Assembly (NCBI GenBank): GCA_045578725.1
Contig: JAZNKS010000050.1
Coordinates: forward strand, 23,967 to 87,966
Direction: 5' to 3'
Source of the DNA: Candidatus Flemingiibacterium sp.
GTDB taxonomy: Bacteria > Bacillota > Clostridia > Oscillospirales > CAG-272
Length of the DNA stretch: 64,000 nt
The notes below the pieces were generated by a model. That model was not told where the DNA came from and did not search any database. It saw only the letters and a list, made by a program, of their open reading frames with translations. Every line of letters starts with the position of its first letter. Position 1 is the first letter of the stretch. A program made the position numbers and the translations under genes. Positions 47,101 through 56,600 of the stretch are shown one piece after another.

Positions 47101-47118
47101 GCCGGTCTTGGAGAATAA
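44107..47118 (+). CDS. large cytoplasmic glycoside-hydrolase-like protein (family uncertain; N-terminus resembles the GH106 / 'glycosylhydrolase-like jelly-roll' group)
   Basis: 1003 aa with no signal peptide. The N-terminal segment is RGHPFWSWNDKLDPEELRRQIREMKRVGLGGYFMHARGG. The family call is from memory of that pattern only. Confidence 0.55.
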   Translation: MNTFLTSLENPSSEYRGHPFWSWNDKLDPEELRRQIREMKRVGLGGYFMHARGGLITEYLSDEWFECIRACIDEGKKLGMESWSYDEDGWPSGFGGGIVSGMGDRYHVRWLVCAPYAGRKPEGKVLGYWGVGASSCRYLGDKIRAARASAADGETVYYVAHEKNGDYVDILNPEVVREFIKCTYEVYAEKLGGDFGGQAMPGFFTDEPQFSRCQIPWSYILPEEFEKTNGYSPIEKLPLLFLEKEGYEAFRFDFWKVVNRLYTESFGKQIYDWCEQHNCKFTGHAMLEDNLYCQMSASAGVMPLYEYMHNPGMDWLGRHIASPLIPKQVGSAARQLGKKLVLSETFALCGWDVSFEELRWIAEWQYLNGINWMCQHLESYSIRGLRKRDYPPSMFYQSPWWDDYKAFNDYFARLGKLFAESEEAADVLLLHPMHTGYIAYNGENSPAVQKYDRELLRALDLLSSNHIGYHLGDESILRRHGSVENGLFRVGLCTYRTVILPSMLTLDLSTFALLKEFSAAGGRICSFGEKPSLLDGRPCEELVRFMESVEAIPDDGELCVTALTTLGIKTLTVSDRNGEIHAIHCRVSHLPDGNTAYFFQNQNKEQAYDARILLDTADPAVRLALEDMSVSPADTITAGGKTAVYLHFEPMQSHLLLAGDTLPAVTKKNKPALALPLSRQWSLDGGDDNALTLDTCQYILGGETEYSEPRSILDIMERLLGERANDKLKLRFTFRVDEKADLSAMKSFCLVSEFTDDFTIRLNGSKLIWDGHSWWKDRAFKAYDIRYMVKPGLNEIIIDGSFYQREKVYQVLFGENVLETERNKLTYDTELESLYLVGDFGVLSESGYTEGARRALFTDGGFVITDRPHTFIGGDIVPQGYPFFAGRIRLSQEVRIKKSYGKRIALEIPRPYAALANLYVNDRFVKTMLWSDYRADITDFTEPGEKAKITLELVIGNRNLLGPHHNPVGEDYNVHPGSFAPHGNYTAAGWRERYCFVKAGLGE

Positions 47119-47124
47119 GAAAAG

Positions 47125-47158
47125 AGAGCCGCTTCGTAAAGAAGCGGCTCTGTTCTTT
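47125..47158. terminator. bidirectional terminator at a convergent gene junction
   Basis: AGAGCCGCTTC-GTAAA-GAAGCGGCTCT, flanked by AAAAG upstream and GTTCTTTC downstream. Confidence 0.65.
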
Positions 47159-47661
47159 CAGTAGGCTATATTCCGATCCAGCCCGTGAAGGAAGCCGTTG
47201 ACATCCTCGGAGCAGACATCCCCACCGATCACGCGATTCCGGTACACCAGGAAATTGGCGTATACAACACCATCGTAATCCGGATAATTCGTGATCCGGT
47301 AGGTGTATCGGGTCACTTCCTTCTTCCGGTATTTGGTCAGATCAAAGCCCTGCTTGTTCTGCAGCTCGTTGTAGCTCTGATAAACCTTGTCGAATTCCGC
47401 CGGAACGGTGACCTTCTCCTCTTCAACCGGCTCGGCCTCGACCTCCCATCCAAACTGTCGGAGAAAGCCGATCCGATCCTCGGCGGTTTTGATCTTGTCA
47501 AAGCGGACTGTCCCCGCCGTTTCAAGCATACTGCCGGACATTGCCGTGCCGGGAACCTCGGCTCCGGGAAGCAGCACCAGCAAAGCCACCAGCGCGATCA
47601 CCGCCAGCGTTGTCACGCCGAAAAACTTCAGCGTGCTCGCGCGCATGGAATATACAAACAT
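47158..47661 (-). CDS. DUF4830 domain-containing protein (membrane-anchored)
   Basis: N-terminal TM, then FLRQFGWEV ... YNELQ ... GFDL pattern as I recall for DUF4830. Confidence 0.6.
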   Translation of the reverse strand: MFVYSMRASTLKFFGVTTLAVIALVALLVLLPGAEVPGTAMSGSMLETAGTVRFDKIKTAEDRIGFLRQFGWEVEAEPVEEEKVTVPAEFDKVYQSYNELQNKQGFDLTKYRKKEVTRYTYRITNYPDYDGVVYANFLVYRNRVIGGDVCSEDVNGFLHGLDRNIAY

Positions 47662-47715
47662 GATTCTTCACTCCTTTGCCCGGGATCTGTCCGCGGACAT
47701 TGTCCCGATCGTCTG

Positions 47716-47770
47716 ATAAAAATATATGGTCTGCACCCGCCGATTATGCGGACGCAGACCATATTTTTTC
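47716..47770 (-). terminator. rho-independent terminator after the SGNH hydrolase gene
   Basis: Long hairpin ATATGGTCTGC ... GCAGACCATAT with T/A runs on both sides. Confidence 0.65.
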
Positions 47771-47781
47771 TTTGAAGTAAA

Positions 47782-48867
47782 TCAGTATACCATGAACGCG
47801 CCGATGCGGATGGCGGTGCCCTCCGATTCCTCGGCCTTGCTTTCGGCAACGCGGATCTTCAGCGTATGCGTTCCGGCCTCCAGCCCCGCGGCGAGAATCA
47901 TGCCGCCTGCGCGGTTGAAGCGGGGACAATAGCTGTCCCAGGTGCGATGCGTCTTTTCCTCGCCGCCGTCCACCGACCAGATAAAGTCGCCGGAATCCTT
48001 GGCAAGCATGGCATAAACGCCTACACAGCGGCCCTCGAACGTATAGGTCAGCTCCGTCCCCGGAACTGTGGCCTCGATGTAGCGCGGATAACGGCCGCAC
48101 AGCGATTTTTCAACGCATTCCCAGCCCTCATATGCTTTCTCGGTGCAATCGTCCAGGCGTGCCGTCTGACGGCTCTCGCAAACCAGCGGAGAAGGCATCG
48201 CCGTGGGGATCAGCGCGGACGGCTCGCCGGCCAGCTCAGCCTCCAGAAGCTTGCGGATCGCCTCGGTGTAGATGGCATAGCCGCTGTCGTTGGGGTGAAC
48301 GGTATCGGTGGTGTATTTCTTCCAATCGGCCTCGCCGCCGTCCGTACCCTCGCACAGTACGCGGCTGCGGAGAATCTCACCGACATCGATCTGCTGCACA
48401 CCGTAGTAATGCATCACGCGGGAATGAGCCGCGCGGGACACATATTCAAGGCCGGCTGCAATCCGGTCGGCGATGGATTTGGTGGTGGTATGGACATAGA
48501 TCACCTCGGTGGTGGGATCGGCCGTCCAAATCTTGCGGAGAATGGTTTCCGAGTTCACGGTGATTTCATCGTAATTGCCGCCTCCGCCGTCGTTGACCGA
48601 GTATTCCATGAAGACCAGATCCGGCTTCTTATCCAGCAGATCCCGCTGACAGCGGAAAATGCCCAGCGAACTTCCGGTTCCGCCGATGGCAGCCTGAATC
48701 TCGGTGAAAGCACAATCCGGATAGGTTTCGCGCAACCAGGTCATAATCGAGCCGCGCCAGCAGTTGGCGGAGCAGGATGCACCCGCGCCCTCCGTGATGG
48801 ATCCGCCGAAGAATCCGACGGTCAGCGCCTTGTCATGTTTGATTCTGTAAAGCGTGTTGTTCAGCAT
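47782..48867 (-). CDS. SGNH/GDSL hydrolase family protein with a C-terminal beta-rich domain
   Basis: Block I FFGGSITEG, block II GGTGS, block III SVNDGG and block V DTVHPN. The ATG at 48867 was chosen (MLNNTLYRI). Confidence 0.78.
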   Translation of the reverse strand: MLNNTLYRIKHDKALTVGFFGGSITEGAGASCSANCWRGSIMTWLRETYPDCAFTEIQAAIGGTGSSLGIFRCQRDLLDKKPDLVFMEYSVNDGGGGNYDEITVNSETILRKIWTADPTTEVIYVHTTTKSIADRIAAGLEYVSRAAHSRVMHYYGVQQIDVGEILRSRVLCEGTDGGEADWKKYTTDTVHPNDSGYAIYTEAIRKLLEAELAGEPSALIPTAMPSPLVCESRQTARLDDCTEKAYEGWECVEKSLCGRYPRYIEATVPGTELTYTFEGRCVGVYAMLAKDSGDFIWSVDGGEEKTHRTWDSYCPRFNRAGGMILAAGLEAGTHTLKIRVAESKAEESEGTAIRIGAFMVY

Positions 48868-48948
48868 AGACAGCTCCTTCTCCTTGAATGCAAGGTGGTT
48901 GAAGATAGAAAAAGAGGACACGGATTGCCCGCATCCTCTTGTGTTCAA

Positions 48949-49365
48949 TTACATATCCGGTTCAGCGATCTCGAACTTGTATTCGATAACATCGCCTTCC
49001 TTGATAGCGATGGTGTTGGCTCTGCCGCCCTGGGGAGTTTCACCATTGATGTAGTAGGTCCAGAAGTGGATGTTGCCTTCTTCATCGGTGTATTCCTTGT
49101 ATTCTTCGATGTCAAGAACAGAGTCCTCGGTATCGGTCAGGGTGTAAGCAACCTCGTTTACGATGCAGCCTTCAACGAAAGCCATCAGTACGGTGGGAGC
49201 TTCGTCCTGAACCTCAACCTCGGTTTCGAGGATCGGATCGGTGGGATCATCGCCGATGATCTTGAGGGTAACCTTGGTAATCGGAGCAGCAGCGCCGCAG
49301 GATGCGAAGGTGCAGGCAAGAATCACGCCGGCAACGATCAGAGCAAGAACGCGGGTGAATTTCAT
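48949..49365 (-). CDS. DUF4430 domain-containing lipoprotein
   Basis: Signal peptide with lipobox FASCG. The C-terminal segment is WTYYINGE...GDVIEYKF, typical of DUF4430. Confidence 0.65.
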   Translation of the reverse strand: MKFTRVLALIVAGVILACTFASCGAAAPITKVTLKIIGDDPTDPILETEVEVQDEAPTVLMAFVEGCIVNEVAYTLTDTEDSVLDIEEYKEYTDEEGNIHFWTYYINGETPQGGRANTIAIKEGDVIEYKFEIAEPDM

Positions 49366-49443
49366 TTGGATTTTCCTCCTGTTTAATGATATAAGCAAGA
49401 ATCGTTTGAAACGGTTGGCACATCGCCATTTGCCTATGCGATT

Positions 49444-49472
49444 ATTATACTATTTTTCTTGCCGTTTGTCAA
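49444..49472 (-). promoter_or_regulatory. consensus sigmaA promoter upstream of the DUF4430 gene
   Basis: The minus strand reads TTGACA, 17 nt, TATAAT. Confidence 0.6.
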
Positions 49473-49538
49473 TAGGATATCGGAACTTTTTCGTCGCTTC
49501 GCGGATTTCTTTACAATTTGCTTTACAATTATCAATCT

Positions 49539-50069
49539 TCAGTTCAGAATGATCACCGCCAGATTCAGATAGGCCGCGAACAGCAGCCAGAGCAGATACA
49601 GCAGCATCACAAAGCCTGCCGTCAGATAAATCCTCCCGAAAAAGCCGATGACAAAGAAGGTCAGGATAATCATCATCACAATCGCGCAGAAGGCGGCAAA
49701 ATAAGCTCCCGCCCCGAAAAAGAGCGGCGCCCACACAAAGTTGAAGATCATCATGATCACGAAGAAGAGCAGCCCCTTGTACTTATCCGGCTCCAGCGAC
49801 CGGTCGCGCTCACAGGCGACGGCACCGGCCGCACCGCCGATCAGCAGATAGAGCAGGGTCCACAGGATGGGAAACAGGAAGGCCGGAGGAGCGCCTCCCG
49901 GCTTCTCCAGCTCCTGATAGGCGGCTGTCGATCCGCCGGCGAGCGCGCTGAGAATGCCGCAGAGCAGAACAATCACCCCGCCCGCGATCACACAGCGGAA
50001 ATCGATGCGGCAGAGCTCCGCGCGGATCCGGCCCGACAGCTTCCTTTTTGCTTGTTTGATTCCGGACAT
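49539..50069 (-). CDS. tspO: TspO/MBR family (tryptophan-rich sensory) membrane protein
   Basis: Five-helix hydrophobic profile with PPAFLFPILWTLLYLLIG and WAPLFF segments resembling TspO. Confidence 0.65.
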   Translation of the reverse strand: MSGIKQAKRKLSGRIRAELCRIDFRCVIAGGVIVLLCGILSALAGGSTAAYQELEKPGGAPPAFLFPILWTLLYLLIGGAAGAVACERDRSLEPDKYKGLLFFVIMMIFNFVWAPLFFGAGAYFAAFCAIVMMIILTFFVIGFFGRIYLTAGFVMLLYLLWLLFAAYLNLAVIILN

Positions 50070-50111
50070 AAAAAATCACCTCACACACAATGTATGAGGT
50101 GATTTTCGCTT

Positions 50112-52859
50112 TTATGCCGCCGGAAGATCTTCTTCCGTTTTGGGCGTCTCACCGCCGTCAGCCGGCTCACCGCCCTCGACGTCCGGCGGATTCTCCGGTG
50201 CCGGAGGCTCCTCCGGCTTCTGATGCTCGGTACAGTAGTGGTTGTACATCGGTTTATCACCGGTATCGGTATAGCCGCCGTACAGCTCCTGATTGTAGAG
50301 ATAATAGTAGTAATACGGCACCTCGTCATTTGTCGGCATCTCGGCTCCCTCGGGGACCTCGATATAGGAATACTGGGCATCCACGACCTTCACATCGGCC
50401 GGGAATTTTCGGTCAACGCGGATCAGACCGACCTGCTTGATCTTATCGGACGGGCAGTATTCGTTGGCAATCGCACCGGTGGACGTATCGTAATTCACCA
50501 TTACATGGACATCGCAGTAATCGGTCGGCACAGTCGCGCTTGTGAAATAACCGGTTTCCACGCGATTTCCGCGCGGATCGGCATTGCAGGCCGCCGTCAT
50601 CAGCTTGCCCGAATCCTTGCAGTAGCGTGCGGTGATGACACCGTCCGCCATGTTGAAGGTTTTCAGCGGTTCACCGCCGCTCCGGGCTTCCTGAATGTAC
50701 TTTTGATGGATGGTTGTCATAATCTTGTCCCAGGCCACCGTGCCCGGATTCCACGAAAGCGTACCGAGCGACTGGGGCATCTCGTAGCCGAACCAGATGC
50801 CGGCCACATAGTAGGGCGTATAGCCGACGAACCAGCGGTCAACATCATTGGATGTGGTACCGGTCTTGCCGGCACAGTCGATGACTGTATCCAGCGTGAT
50901 GGCATTGGCGGTACCGGATGTGACAACATTCTGAAGCATCTTCGTCATGATCGATGCGGTCTGCTCGCTGATGACAACGTAGCTCTCGGAATCGTTTTCA
51001 AGGAAGATGTTGCCCTCGCTGTCGAGAACCTTCAGCCAGGAGCGCGGCTTGTTGTAAACGCCGTCATTGGCAAAGATCTGATAGGCCGCCGTCAGCTCCA
51101 GATTGGTGACACCGTAGTTCATACCGCCAAGCGCCAGCGGGGAAAGATCCATGTCGGTGATGCCCACGCCGCCGGCCAGCTCGGCATATTCGATGAAGCT
51201 CTTCATCTGCAGCTTGTTGCGGACGAAGTCAAAGCTCCGCTCCACAGTCAGCTCCTGCAGAATCCGGACGGCCACCGTATTGACCGAACGGGTCACGGCA
51301 TCCTGAACGGTTGTCAGACCGTTGTACCGCTCGGGCAGGTTCTTCGGCCAGGGAATGGCATTTTCCTTCTCCTCATCGTCCTCCTTGTAGTTGAACATGA
51401 CCGGAACATCGTCATACACGCTTCCGTAGGTGATCAGACCGTATTCCAGCGCCGGCGCATAGACCGACAGCGGCTTGATCGACGATCCGGGCGAGCGGAC
51501 GGTCGCGGTCGCGTAGTTCAGAAGCAGGTTGCCCTCCTTCTCACCGCGGGCACCGACCTCTGCCACCACGTCACCGGTCGTCGGATGGATGATGACGCAG
51601 GAGGACTGCGGCTGAATGGCGTTGTTGGTCCGGGGGAAGTTGGCATCGTTGGCGTAGAATTCCTCCAGAAGCTGCTGGATTTCGGGATCCTGCAGTGTGA
51701 TGATCTGAAGGCCGCCCTTGTAAATCATATTGTAGGCCATCTGCTCGGAGTAACCCTTTTCCGCCACCATGGCGGCTACCACCTCGCGGATAACCTGGTC
51801 GGTAAACCAGGAGTTGGTGGAGGCCTGAACCGATTGGGCGCGGCCCTGATAGTTCAGCGGCAGCTCCTTGTTGTAGTTGCTGTCGTACTCCTCCTTGGTG
51901 ATATAGCCCTGCTCCAGCATCAAAAACAGAACGGTATTCCGCCGCTTCATCTGCTCTTTGGGATTCTGCACCGGGTCATACTTGGTCGGGAACTGCGTGA
52001 TGCCGGCAATCGCCGCGCATTCGAGCAGCGTCAGGTCCTTGACCTCCTTGCCGAAATAGGTGTAGGCCGCGGCCTGAACACCGTAACAGTTCTGTGAAAG
52101 ATAGATATTGTTCAGATACAGCTCCAGTATCTGTGTTTTGTCCAGCTGCTTGTCCAGACTCAATGCGCGCAGAATCTCCTGAACCTTTCGCTGTGGGGTA
52201 TAATCATCGTCCTCGGTGACATTTTTGATCAGCTGCTGGGTGATGGTCGAGCCGCCGTAGTTCTTGTCCTGAAGCGGGACGAAATACTGCAGGATGGCAC
52301 CGAGCGTCCGCCACCAGTCAACGCCGTTGTGTCCCCAGAAGCGCTTGTCCTCGGTTGCGACGAAGGCATTCACCAGATTCTCCGGGATATCGGTATAGGA
52401 TACCCAGATGCTGTTCTCCGAGCCGAACAGCCGCTGATCCTCCAGCTCGACCATCTGGCCGATCCGGTTCTCGCGGTCGGTGTAATCCATATAATAGATT
52501 TTGGAGGTCTGCGAGGATGCGACCTCAAAGGCATCCGTATCCATCGTCGGGTCGATGTAATTCTTTACATAGACGGCAAATACCGTGCAGACAATGATGC
52601 CGGTGATGAAGCAGATCAGCAGTACAGTCAGCAGGGCGTTCAGAATATAGGAGAAAATCCGCCCGACGAACTTGCCGGCCAGCTTGCCCGATCCGGCCAC
52701 CTCGCCGCCCCAGTTGACCTTTTCGCGCTGGGGACGCGGCGATGCCTTCTTTGCCGGGGCAGAGCCGGGCCGTCCGGATGCGGCAGGGCGGACCGTACCG
52801 TTCTGCGGCGGGATGCGGTTATTGTTTTGTGTACTCGGTTTCTTTGGATTGTTGTTCAA
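50112..52859 (-). CDS. class A penicillin-binding protein (PBP1A-type transglycosylase/transpeptidase)
   Basis: GT51 motifs EDKRFWGHNGVD and GGSTITQQL. Transpeptidase motifs SPGSSIKP, SVN and KTGTT. The apparent start is TTG at 52859, and both termini are low-complexity and Pro-rich. Confidence 0.92.
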   Translation of the reverse strand: MNNNPKKPSTQNNNRIPPQNGTVRPAASGRPGSAPAKKASPRPQREKVNWGGEVAGSGKLAGKFVGRIFSYILNALLTVLLICFITGIIVCTVFAVYVKNYIDPTMDTDAFEVASSQTSKIYYMDYTDRENRIGQMVELEDQRLFGSENSIWVSYTDIPENLVNAFVATEDKRFWGHNGVDWWRTLGAILQYFVPLQDKNYGGSTITQQLIKNVTEDDDYTPQRKVQEILRALSLDKQLDKTQILELYLNNIYLSQNCYGVQAAAYTYFGKEVKDLTLLECAAIAGITQFPTKYDPVQNPKEQMKRRNTVLFLMLEQGYITKEEYDSNYNKELPLNYQGRAQSVQASTNSWFTDQVIREVVAAMVAEKGYSEQMAYNMIYKGGLQIITLQDPEIQQLLEEFYANDANFPRTNNAIQPQSSCVIIHPTTGDVVAEVGARGEKEGNLLLNYATATVRSPGSSIKPLSVYAPALEYGLITYGSVYDDVPVMFNYKEDDEEKENAIPWPKNLPERYNGLTTVQDAVTRSVNTVAVRILQELTVERSFDFVRNKLQMKSFIEYAELAGGVGITDMDLSPLALGGMNYGVTNLELTAAYQIFANDGVYNKPRSWLKVLDSEGNIFLENDSESYVVISEQTASIMTKMLQNVVTSGTANAITLDTVIDCAGKTGTTSNDVDRWFVGYTPYYVAGIWFGYEMPQSLGTLSWNPGTVAWDKIMTTIHQKYIQEARSGGEPLKTFNMADGVITARYCKDSGKLMTAACNADPRGNRVETGYFTSATVPTDYCDVHVMVNYDTSTGAIANEYCPSDKIKQVGLIRVDRKFPADVKVVDAQYSYIEVPEGAEMPTNDEVPYYYYYLYNQELYGGYTDTGDKPMYNHYCTEHQKPEEPPAPENPPDVEGGEPADGGETPKTEEDLPAA

Positions 52860-52987
52860 TTTCAGGTTCCCTTTCCAAAAAATGATGGTTCCTGTACTAT
52901 CAGACGTAATCGGCGCCCGATTTGTTCGCTATTATTATACGGCAAACCCTTTACGAAATTGTTAAATTTCGGGGGGATCATAAAAAT

Positions 52988-53677
52988 TTACAACTTGTCC
53001 GGATTTTTCTCGGCCGGGAGCGCGGATTCCGGGCCGGACGGATGCGCGGCGGCATACCCGAAGGCCCATCCGAGCAGAATCAGCAGACAGCCGATCAGAA
53101 GGCCGCCTCCGTCAAAGCCGAGCGAGAGATGGATGGCCTCGCTGTCCGACACAAAGGTTTTCACCAGCATATAGTTGTAAAACCGGCTGGCAATCCGAAC
53201 GAAGGTATAGCCGATCATGACCGACAGGCCGATATACATGACGTACCGGGCATTCTTGGGATGCAGAGCCTTTCCGGATGCGATATTCTTCAGCAGGCCG
53301 GAGAGATAGAGCGACACGGGGGTCATCAGACAGCAGGCGGCGGCCGCAAGCAGCAGCTCGGCGTACAGCACCGTCTTGATATCCTCCAGCGACACGCTGT
53401 CATAGGGCGCATCGATCCGGATGCCGTTTCCGATGAAGATGGAATAGTATTCCTTCCCGTGCAGGCTCATCAGCGGCGGAAGCATGATGTCCTCCACCGA
53501 TGTATTGACCAGCAGGATAATCAGCGCCAGAATACCGCAGAGCAGAATCGCGGCGCCGAAAACATAATACAGCAGCTTGAAAACCGGAGCGGCAATCCGG
53601 GCAAAGGGAACAATTCCCCGATAAGTGCGGATTTTTTCGTCTTTTTTCATATCCAGCCTCCTATTTGCAGACCACAT
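52988..53677 (-). CDS. hypothetical polytopic membrane protein
   Basis: 229 aa with about 5-6 hydrophobic helices. Its start overlaps the dnaE 3' end by 17 nt. Confidence 0.5.
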   Translation of the reverse strand: MWSANRRLDMKKDEKIRTYRGIVPFARIAAPVFKLLYYVFGAAILLCGILALIILLVNTSVEDIMLPPLMSLHGKEYYSIFIGNGIRIDAPYDSVSLEDIKTVLYAELLLAAAACCLMTPVSLYLSGLLKNIASGKALHPKNARYVMYIGLSVMIGYTFVRIASRFYNYMLVKTFVSDSEAIHLSLGFDGGGLLIGCLLILLGWAFGYAAAHPSGPESALPAEKNPDKL

Positions 53678-56600
53678 TTTCCGCTCCCAGCAAAGCGATC
53701 AGCTCTGCCAGCACAAACGGGGATGCAGCCAGACGAAGATTGCGGATCTTCCGGTACTCGGATGCCGATTTGTCGAAAAAGATCACCTCGGTATTGCCGT
53801 CACAGAAGATCGAACACAGATTGAGTGCCTTGCGAAAACCGGTATCGCTCTCATCGGCGTGCTCCACGCGAAGGAATACCTTCTGCGGCGGAGCCGATGG
53901 CGCGGACATCGGGTGGGGCGGAGCCGATGGATCCGATTTTGCCGTGTGAGCGGTTGCTGTGGGAGCGGCCGGACCTGCGGCGGACTTTTGATACACGCGC
54001 TCCGGCATAGGCGCCGCATCGGTATAATGCGCATCGTCCACCAGCGCCAGCGCACTCTGGCAGAGCAGGCGCGGATCCTCATCATCGCGCGCGGACAGCC
54101 GTCCGGTGACAATCAGCGCCGCATCCTCGGTGAAAAGATGGCCGACTGTTTCCAGCACCTTCGGAAACAGAATGGCTTCGATTTCGCCGAAGCGGTCCTC
54201 CAGTACGGCAAACGCCATGGTATCGCCTTTTTTTGTCATCTTGATCTGCCGGCGGGTCACAATCGCGCAGAGTGTTACCGTCTGCGAGTCCGCATAAAGC
54301 TTCCCATCCCCCTCCTCTTCGCGGAAGGAGCTGAGGATATCGCCGATCGAATCCGGCTGAACCTGCGCGATGTGGCGGGTATAATCCTCCAGCATATGGC
54401 CGGAGAAATAGGTGCCTGCGCATTCCTTTTCCAGCCGCAAACGCTCCCGGAAGGTAAGCTCCGGTATATCCGGATACCCAAAGGTCTCCCGCGCCGGCAT
54501 CCCGTCGCCGCCGATGGCGGAAAACATATCCAGCTGGCCGGAAAGATTGGAGCGGCTCCGCTCCTGATTGTGATCGATAATCAGCTCATAGGAAAGAAGC
54601 AGGCGGCTCCTGTAAATGCCGAGGCTGTCGAATGCGCCGCATTTGATCAGCGCCTCTGCCTGCCGCTTGTTCATATCCTGCGCATACATCCGCTCCACAA
54701 AATCCTCGAAGGATGCAAACGGACGGCCTGCGCGCTCGCGGACAACCCGGTTGATGAAGCCCTCACCCAGGCTCTTGATCGCCAGCAGGCCAAAGCGGAT
54801 GTATCGCTCGTTTCCGCTCCGATAAGCCCGGAAATAAGGGCCGCTTTCATTGATATCCGGCGGCAGAATCCGGATACCGAAGCGATTGCATTCGGCAACA
54901 TATTCGGCGGTCTTGGCGGCATTTCCCATGACCGAGGTCATCAGAGCTGCCAGATATTCGCAGGGATAATGCTTTTTGCAGTAAGCCGTCCGATAAGAAA
55001 GGATCGCATAAGCCGCCGCATGGCTCTTGTTGAAAGCGTAGCTGGCAAAGCCGGACATCTCATCAAAGAGCTGCTCAGCAGCTGTCTCCTCCACACCGTT
55101 CTGCCGGGCACCGGTTAAAAAGACCGCCCGCTCCTTTTCCATCTCTTCGGCCTTCTTCTTGGCCATGATCCTGCGCACCAGATCGGCACGGCCATAGGTA
55201 TAGCCGGCCACCGTGCGGCAAACCTGCATAACCTGCTCCTGATAGACCATACAGCCGTAGGTGACATCCAGGATCGGCGCAATCTGCGGCACAGCATAGG
55301 TGAGTTCCGACGCCTTACGACGGTTTTCAATGTATTTCGGGATCGAATCCATCGGGCCGGGGCGGTAGAGGGAGATCGCCGCGATGATGTCCTCAATGCA
55401 GTCGGGACGGAGCTGGGTCAGCATCTGGCGCATACCGCCCGATTCCAGCTGGAAGATGCCATCGGTCGCACCGGAGCTGATAAGCTCATAGGCCGGCGCA
55501 TCGTCGAGCGGCAGGCGCTCCAGCGAAAATTCCGGCTCATATTCGCGGATCTGCCGCTCGGTATCGGACAGGATCGTCAGATAGCGCAGGGCCAGAAAAT
55601 CGAATTTGAGCAGACCGAGCTTGGCCACCGTATCCATATCGAACTGGGTGACCGGGATATCGCCGTTGACGGACAGCGGCACATAATCGGATACCGGACG
55701 GTCGGTGATAACAACGCCGGCCGCATGGGTGGAGGCATGGCGCGGCATTCCCTCCAGCGCCATCGAAATATCCAAAAGCCGCTTGATTTCGGGATTGTCC
55801 TCCGCCATCTCGCGCAGCTCCTTTACGCTCTTCAGCGCCGATTCCAGCGTCACATCCATTGCGCGCGGAATCAGCTTGGCGACCGCATCGGTATCGGCAT
55901 AGGACATCCCCAGCGCCCGTCCGACATCCCGCACAACAGCCCGCGCGGCCATGGTTCCGAAGGTGATGATCTGTGCCACATGATCGCTTCCGTATCGGGA
56001 ACGGACATAGTCGATGACCTCATCCCGGCGGTTGTAGCAGAAATCGATATCAAAGTCGGGCATACTGACCCGCTCCGGATTGAGGAAGCGCTCAAACAGC
56101 AGCTCAAACACCAGCGGATCCAGATCGGTGATGCCGAGCAGAAACGCGACCAGACTTCCCGCGCCCGAACCGCGTCCGGGGCCGACGGGAATTCCGTGCG
56201 CCTTGGCCCAGCCGACAAAATCCTGCACGATGAGGAAATACTCATCGTAGCCCATTTTTATGATGACCGAAAGCTCGTATTCAATCCGCTCGCGGTACTC
56301 GCTCTCGGGATGCTTGTCTGTATAGACAATCCGGCCGCCTTCCAGATGCCTTTTCAGCCCGCGCTCGGCAAGGGTCCGCAGATAGTCGGCCGGCGAGCTC
56401 CCGTCCTCCGGATGGAAGGCCGGAAGATAGAGCTTGGAAAAATCAAAATCGAAACGGCACTTATCGGCGATGATCTGCGTATTGGCAAGCGGGCTTCCGA
56501 GAGGATCGCCGTCCAGATAACCGAACAGCTTTTCCATCTCATCGGTGGTTTTATAGTAGAATTCATCCGTTTCAAAGCCGATCGGGCGGCCGTCGGTGAT

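Noticed and set aside
49366-49443. Possible cobalamin riboswitch upstream of the DUF4430 lipoprotein gene, because this family is often B12-linked.
   Set aside because: The leader from the consensus promoter to the start codon is only about 80 nt, which is too short for a cobalamin riboswitch. I saw no B12-box-like sequence.
47100-49540. A dif (XerCD) recombination site at the convergent polarity switch.
   Set aside because: I could not find a sequence resembling the Firmicute dif consensus by eye in the intergenic segments. This is left as an untested possibility under the polarity-switch finding.
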